DNA of 51,340 nt. Origin: Promethearchaeota archaeon (GTDB lineage: Archaea > Asgardarchaeota > Lokiarchaeia > Sigyniarchaeales > SOKP01). Below are positions 37,995-44,000 of the stretch, one piece after another (positions within the stretch are counted from its first letter, which is position 1; every line of letters starts with the position of its first letter). Location of the stretch: the NCBI GenBank assembly GCA_016840545.1, contig JAEOSD010000002.1:1-51340 (forward strand), written 5' to 3'. Made by a program: the position numbers and the translations under genes. The notes beneath the pieces are model-generated. The model was given only the letters and a program-made list of their open reading frames with translations. It was not told the DNA's origin and searched no databases.

Positions 37995-38252
37995 TTAAAA
38001 ATTTACAATTTTCCTATCCCTCTCCATATTATTCGAAAACCTCTTATTTATCCAAATTACATACTGAATTCTCGTTAGAAGTAAGAGGCCAGCAAGGAAT
38101 AATCCTATCCCAATAGCTAATAGAAATTGAAATTCTTTTTCCCCTATTAGCCTAAAAAGGATAAGCCAGATTATTAGTATTATTACTGCTATAAGTATAA
38201 TTAGAACTGAAATATTCCTGATTTTTCTATTTACTCTATCGAATTCTTCCAT
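37995..38252 (-). CDS. small 2-TM membrane protein
   Basis: 85 aa with two hydrophobic helices. Coding status uncertain. Confidence 0.4.
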   Translation of the reverse strand: MEEFDRVNRKIRNISVLIILIAVIILIIWLILFRLIGEKEFQFLLAIGIGLFLAGLLLLTRIQYVIWINKRFSNNMERDRKIVNF

Positions 38253-38386
38253 ATTTTTATGGAGATCTTCCTTAAGGGTTTATAATTTAACTTAATTACA
38301 ACTTATTAATAAAAATTCAAGAAGATTTAATATAATTATTGCATGATTATAATTCAATATTTAAAGTTTTAAGTGGTAGAAATAAG

Positions 38387-38806
38387 ATGAAAGATTTAAA
38401 GACCAGTCTACATCATGCTCATCTTTTTGCATCAAACGTGGATGAAAGTATACGTTTTTATGTTGAAATGTTTGGAGCAGAGATTCTTTTTGATTTAGAG
38501 ATGGCAGGAGCTCGAAATGTTATGATAACAATTGGAACGTCAAAACTTAATTTCTATGATCAGCCGCCAAAAGATACAGGAAGAGGAGCTATTCATCATT
38601 TAGGCATAGAAACTGATGACCTTGAAAGTCTTGTTGCGCATATGAAAAGTAAAGGATTTAAGTTTAGAAACCAAATTAAAAGTTTTGGACCATTGAAGTA
38701 TGTTATGATTGCAGGTCCAGATAATGTGCTTTTTGAGCTTTTTGAAGTTGTAAAAGAAAAAGTTACTCAGGAGCAATACAATTTAATCTCAACCTTAGTT
38801 ATCTAA
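38387..38806 (+). CDS. VOC (glyoxalase/bleomycin-resistance/dioxygenase) family protein
   Basis: LHHAHLFASNVDESIRFYVEMFGAEI and IHHLGIETDDLESLVAHMKSKGFKF. The ORF track starts at a TTG at 38339; the ATG at 38387 gives the family-typical length. Confidence 0.8.
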   Translation: MKDLKTSLHHAHLFASNVDESIRFYVEMFGAEILFDLEMAGARNVMITIGTSKLNFYDQPPKDTGRGAIHHLGIETDDLESLVAHMKSKGFKFRNQIKSFGPLKYVMIAGPDNVLFELFEVVKEKVTQEQYNLISTLVI

Positions 38807-38808
38807 AG
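38727..38808 (+). repeat. direct repeat copy 1 (3-prime end of the VOC gene), partner at 46761..46842
   Basis: 82 bp align with 46761..46842 without gaps and with about 8 mismatches, counted by eye. Confidence 0.8.
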
Positions 38809-38856
38809 GTTGTTAATCATTGAGCTACGAAAAATTATTAAATGTATAATTATCAA

Positions 38857-38979
38857 AAAAATAAAGTCTTAAAAAGATAAACATCCTATTTATCATTAAT
38901 CATTATACAACATTGTATATCGATCCTAAAAGAATTCCAAGATTTCAATCTTTTCTATACAAAAGCATGATTTGATAAA
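38857..38979 (+). promoter_or_regulatory. upstream region of TIR-receptor gene A, duplicated upstream of gene B
   Basis: About 120 bp are highly similar to 40973..41096. Both contain A/T-rich TATA-like tracts (TTTATC, TTATACAA) and two ATCCTA direct repeats about 36 nt apart. Confidence 0.4.
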
Positions 38980-40929
38980 ATGAAATCTAAAGTTAAAGCT
39001 AGGGATATAGAATTTAATTCAGTTTCATTTAATTTAAATAAAAATTTTACTTTAAAGAAATTTTCATTACTTTTTTTTATCTTAATATTATTTAACTTAA
39101 TTTTGATAACTAGTCTCAATCAGTTGTTATATAACAAATATATTGTATCTCAAGAGGTATCTATTATTAAAGTTTCAGATAATTATCTTTCAGAATCGAT
39201 TATTATTGACGATACTGGAGCAGGTAATTACACTTGGGATCAAGCAACAGCTCAAGAGTGGTGCTCTGGTTCTGGCACTTGGAATGATCCATATATTATT
39301 GAATTCTTAGAAATTGATGGTCAGAATTTTGCAGGCTGTTTAATAATCAGAAATTCTAGTGTGTTTTTCATTATAAGGGATAGTATTTTTTATAATTCTG
39401 GTGGAGGAGTTACTGATGCTGGGCTCAAATTAGAACATGTTTCAAATGCTACATTAATTAATATCGATTGCTCAAATAATAAAGGCTATGGGGTTTATTT
39501 GTATAATTGTAAGAACATAACCATATTAGAAAGTGATATGAGCCATAATAAGTTAGGGGGCATTTTTCTAAATTCGAGTAGTTTTAATTTAATTACAAAT
39601 AATACTGATACAATAAACTATAACTATTGGGGTATTTATCTCTTATCGAGTCATAATAACACCATCAGTGGAAACTTCATAGGATATAATCAAGTAGGTT
39701 TACTTCTTAAGCAATCTAACAATAATTCTATAATTGAAAATATCTTCATGGAAAATGATGAAGCTTATATTCTTGAAGAAGATAGTTCTGGAAATAAGTT
39801 CCGAAGAAATACAATAACACTGAAACCCAACTTATTATTTGTAATCATTATAATTATCGTTATTATAGCTGGTATATCTGCTGCAAGTATCCTAACTATC
39901 TGGAAGAGAGTAATTATTCCGAAAAAAAGAGGAGAAGTAAAAGTACATGGAAAAATAAAAATTAAAGTTGAAAAAAATCTTCATGATAAGTTATCCTTTA
40001 TTGACTACTTGATAAGGGAAAAAAGTGTAAAAGAAGCTCTCAATAATCTGGAAGAGATTAAGGATTTATGCAACATATATGGTTTATTTGAGATATTAAA
40101 TGAGTGTGATGAAAAAATTGCTCATTGTAATTATCTGTATTTAGAGATGATTAGCATAATTAAGAGAATTGTGATAAATTTAGCTACTAAATTTGCGAGA
40201 TTAGAAATAATCGATATTAGTGAAAAAACTGGAATAAATGATGAAGATTTCATTATTGAAGTTATAGAAGAAATGATTCAAAATAATGAGGTATATGCTG
40301 AATACTTTTCAAACTATAAAACTATTAATTTTGACCAACAATCAAATGTTGAACAGATTGAAAAGCTCATAAAAACTTATGGAGAATGGGAGAAGAAAAA
40401 CCTTGATCGGGATGATTCGGCCCTTTTAATAGAAGAGATTCTGCCTCGGGAATTAAGATCAAAACCTATAATTTCTAAGTCTAAACCTGATGAATTCAAA
40501 GAGCTTAATATCTTTTTAAGTTATTCCACTATAGATACAGATTATTTTCAAATATCAAGAGTTGCAAAGAGTCTAGAAGAATACCCAGAGATTAACAAAG
40601 TAAAGTATTGGGAGGCAGATAGTACACAAAATATTGTTGAGTATATGGATAAAATGCTTGAAAAATGCGATGTGTTTGTATTATTTTGTAGTGAAAACTC
40701 TATGAAATCAATTTCTGTAAAAGATGAGTGGCAAGCGGCATTCCAGAGAAGGAAAAAGGGATTGGTTTCAATTATTCCAGTTTATGAACAAACTAGACAC
40801 ATTCCCGTTATATTAGGTCACTTTTTAAAGGTTAAATATGATAAAACAGATTTTAATAGTTTTACCAGGGAACTATATCAAGAGATTATGCGCTCAAAAG
40901 GCAGGAGACTACCACAAATAATAGCCTAA
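38980..40929 (+). CDS. membrane receptor-like protein: signal anchor, extracellular parallel beta-helix (PbH1/NosD-like), TM helix, cytoplasmic helical/winged-helix module, C-terminal TIR-like domain
   Basis: TM1 is FSLLFFILILFNLILITSL. Beta-helix repeats include NNKGYGVYLYNCKNITILESDMSHNKLGGIFL and NNTISGNFIGYNQVGLLLKQSNNNSIIENIF. TM2 is LLFVIIIIIVIIAGISAASILTIW, followed by KRVIIPKKRGE. The C-terminus LNIFLSYSTIDTDYF ... CDVFVLFCSENSMKSISVKDEWQAAF ... IIPVYE matches the TIR_2 pattern. Confidence 0.75.
   Translation: MKSKVKARDIEFNSVSFNLNKNFTLKKFSLLFFILILFNLILITSLNQLLYNKYIVSQEVSIIKVSDNYLSESIIIDDTGAGNYTWDQATAQEWCSGSGTWNDPYIIEFLEIDGQNFAGCLIIRNSSVFFIIRDSIFYNSGGGVTDAGLKLEHVSNATLINIDCSNNKGYGVYLYNCKNITILESDMSHNKLGGIFLNSSSFNLITNNTDTINYNYWGIYLLSSHNNTISGNFIGYNQVGLLLKQSNNNSIIENIFMENDEAYILEEDSSGNKFRRNTITLKPNLLFVIIIIIVIIAGISAASILTIWKRVIIPKKRGEVKVHGKIKIKVEKNLHDKLSFIDYLIREKSVKEALNNLEEIKDLCNIYGLFEILNECDEKIAHCNYLYLEMISIIKRIVINLATKFARLEIIDISEKTGINDEDFIIEVIEEMIQNNEVYAEYFSNYKTINFDQQSNVEQIEKLIKTYGEWEKKNLDRDDSALLIEEILPRELRSKPIISKSKPDEFKELNIFLSYSTIDTDYFQISRVAKSLEEYPEINKVKYWEADSTQNIVEYMDKMLEKCDVFVLFCSENSMKSISVKDEWQAAFQRRKKGLVSIIPVYEQTRHIPVILGHFLKVKYDKTDFNSFTRELYQEIMRSKGRRLPQIIA
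39202..40929 (+). repeat. paralogous module shared with 45009..46730 (beta-helix, TM, cytoplasmic domain, TIR)
   Basis: The 5-prime part has stretches of more than 70 nt identical to gene B, for example AGCTCAAGAGTGGTGCTCTGGTTCTGGCACTTGGAATGATCCATATATTATTGAATTCTTAGAAATTGATGGTC. The cytoplasmic part is more diverged. Confidence 0.85.
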
Positions 40930-40972
40930 CAATAAAGTTTCTATTCTATTTTCTTAAGTTACTATATTTCAC

Positions 40973-41096
40973 AAAAATAAAGCCTTAAAAAGATAAAGAT
41001 CCTATTTATCATTAATCGTTATACAATATTGTAGGATCGATCCTAAAAGAATTCCAAAAGTTCAATTTTTTCTATACAAAAGCATAATTTGATAAA
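40973..41096 (+). promoter_or_regulatory. upstream region of TIR-receptor gene B (copy of 38857..38979) with a 12-bp perfect palindrome
   Basis: AGGATCGATCCT at 41033..41044 is a perfect palindrome; copy 1 keeps only ATCGAT. The rest is collinear with copy 1. Confidence 0.4.
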
Positions 41097-44000
41097 ATGA
41101 AATCCAAAGTTAATGCTCATCTATCTAGAAAGATAAAGTGTAATTCATTTTCAATGAATTTTAAAAAGAAAATAATGTTAAAACGAGTTTCAATATTATT
41201 TTTCATCTTAATATTTTTCTCCTCAATTTTCTTCTCAAATTTGAACACACGCATAAATGAACCCCATAAAAAGGATCCAATCTCTTATGATAAAGATCCT
41301 CAATTAAGCAACCAAGGAGATGATATATTCAAACTAGTCTTTGGTACTCCTTATGGTCCAAATGCTCTTGATCCTCAAAACGCTTGGGATCAAGATTCAT
41401 ATAATGTGATAAATCAAGTGTGTGAGGGTTTATTTTCACATAATTTATCTGATCCAAATTTATCAATTATACCTCGTCTTGCAACAGCAAAGGGTACTTG
41501 GATGATCAATTCCACAGATACATGGTATACTGTTTCCCTTAGACCTAATGTATTCTTCCATGATGGAACTAAATTTAATGCAAGTGCGGTAAAATTTACT
41601 TTTGATCGATTAAGTTATTTTATGAATGTTAGTGGTACTCTTCCTGGGGAAGTAGGTCTCTCTATAATTTCTGTAGTATATGAGTATTATGATTTCGATC
41701 TCGGAAAAAATTACCCTATTATTAATAATACTGTTATTATAGATGAATATACAATTAGGTTCGAGTTAAATAAACCTTATGGACCATTTGAAGCATTACT
41801 ATGCTTTACTGGCTCATACATTTTATCTCCTACATCTACACCTCAATATGATCGTATAAATACAACTGTAGGAGATTTGGTCGGTACAGGTCCATTTGTT
41901 TATGACCATTTTATACCTGGTGATGAAGTAAAATTTCACGCTTTTGAGAATTATTGGGCAGGCAAGGCAAATATTACTTTTCTTAAATTTTCCATAATCC
42001 CAAGTGCAATAGGTAGAAATAACGCACTGTTATCAGGAGAAGTTGACTTAATAATCGATCCACTCGCCTCAATGTATGATAATTTTGATGCTGACCCTGA
42101 TATTACGTTAAATGATGCTGGACAGACTACATTAGTTCGATATCTTGGTATGAATAATAAAAGGATCAATGTAACTTGGCGAAAGGCAATTTCGAATGCC
42201 ATCAACTACTCCTATATTATTAATGTATTACTTGAAGGAAATGCAATAAGATTAAAATCTCCTCTGCCGGAAAATATGATATTTGCTAACTGGTCGTTTA
42301 ATGTCGCATTATATAACGTCACAAAAGCTAGAGAAATCATGCAGAGTATGGGTTTTGGCGTTGGATTCACAACAGAAGCAGAATGGTCTACGGCAACATT
42401 TGCTACTTTTAACTATAGCTATAATATTGGTAATAGTTTCCGAGAAGATATCTTAACTTTATTACAAGTTAATCTTGATAAAATTGGAATTGAAGTAACA
42501 GATGCTGGTACGAGCTGGATGGAATATTTTTATAAAATTGTTGAAATCCCTCCCTACACAAGAGATATGTTGGAACTCTACTTCTTAAATTGGATACCTG
42601 ATTATTTTGACCCAAGTAATTATATTAATGATTTATTCACTAATAGATCTGTTGAAGTTAATGGTGTCCAATATAATGGTTATACAGAAGCAATTGCAGC
42701 AGGTAGAGATCCATTTGATCTTTGGGATAATGTACAACTTTTAATGGATGCCGCTTTATTCGAAACTGATCAAATAGCAAGAAAAGCAATGTACGATAGA
42801 ATCCAACAACTCTTAGTGGAGGAGGATATGCCATGGGCATTTTGTTGTCTTCCGGATAATTATGACGCCTATCAAAGCCACATTCTTGGGTTTCAATCGA
42901 ATTCTATGGGAATCTTAAGTTTTTACGGCGTTAAACAAAATAGTACCATAGCTCCGCAAATTATTTCTATAGATGGTATTCAAGAGTGGCAATATTTTAA
43001 AGATGCAGGAAAATGCACTGGACAGGGTACAAGTTCGGATCCTTATGTAATAGAAGATTTAGCAATTGACGGTCGAAACAAATCGGTTAGTTGTATTCAG
43101 GTAGAAAATTCTGATGTGTATTTTACAATTGAAAATTGCACATTATATAATTCAATAGGTGCAGGAATTAAACTTATAAATGCTAGTAATGGACAAATAA
43201 TTGGTAATAATTGTTCAAATAATACTTTTGGGATATATTTAGATAATATTAACAACACTAATAACTTTTCTGCCAATGTTATTAATAACAATCTTCAGTA
43301 TGGGGTTATTTTAAACAATGTTAATAACACTCGAATTTTTAATAATAATTTTACTATAAATAACGTTAATGCCTATGATAATGGAACTAATAATAATTGG
43401 GATAATGGAAGTATAGGGAATTATTGGGATGATTATGGCGGAGTGGATGCAAATGATGATGGAATAGGGGATACTCCGTATTTAATACCTGGTACCGCAG
43501 GAAGCCAAGATAATTTTCCAATATGGGATGATGGGATTGATATTATAGCTGCGAAGATCGATAATATATTCTTAAATGGTGTGAATAAAACAATTGATAA
43601 ATCAATTTCTCTTTATTTGAACGAACTACTGGAGATTATAATTACTTATAGGGAAAATTTAACTTCAAACTTCATTACCTCAGCGACCGTAAGTATAACA
43701 GGGCCGACGATTACAGCAAATTTCACTGAAAATATCATTGCAGAGCATTATATTTTCATTTTGAATACTTCGGATTTGATAATTGGAATTAATAATTTGG
43801 AAATTAAAGCCTATAAGGTTAATTATCAGCAAGTATCGACCAATATAACTGTGACAGTATCTGTACCAGTCAGTGACTTATCTATTAATATAGTTTCTCC
43901 ATCAGAAGGGCAACTGTTTGGTGCTACGGCTCCTTCATATAATGTTGAAATTTCTGGTACTAATTTAGATACGATGTGGTACACACTTGACGGAGGGTTC

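Noticed and set aside
41320-42935. The SBP5 region as an ordinary ABC-transporter binding protein gene
   Set aside because: It is an internal domain of a continuous 1877-aa ORF with no stop or start between domains. No permease or ATPase genes occur in the window.
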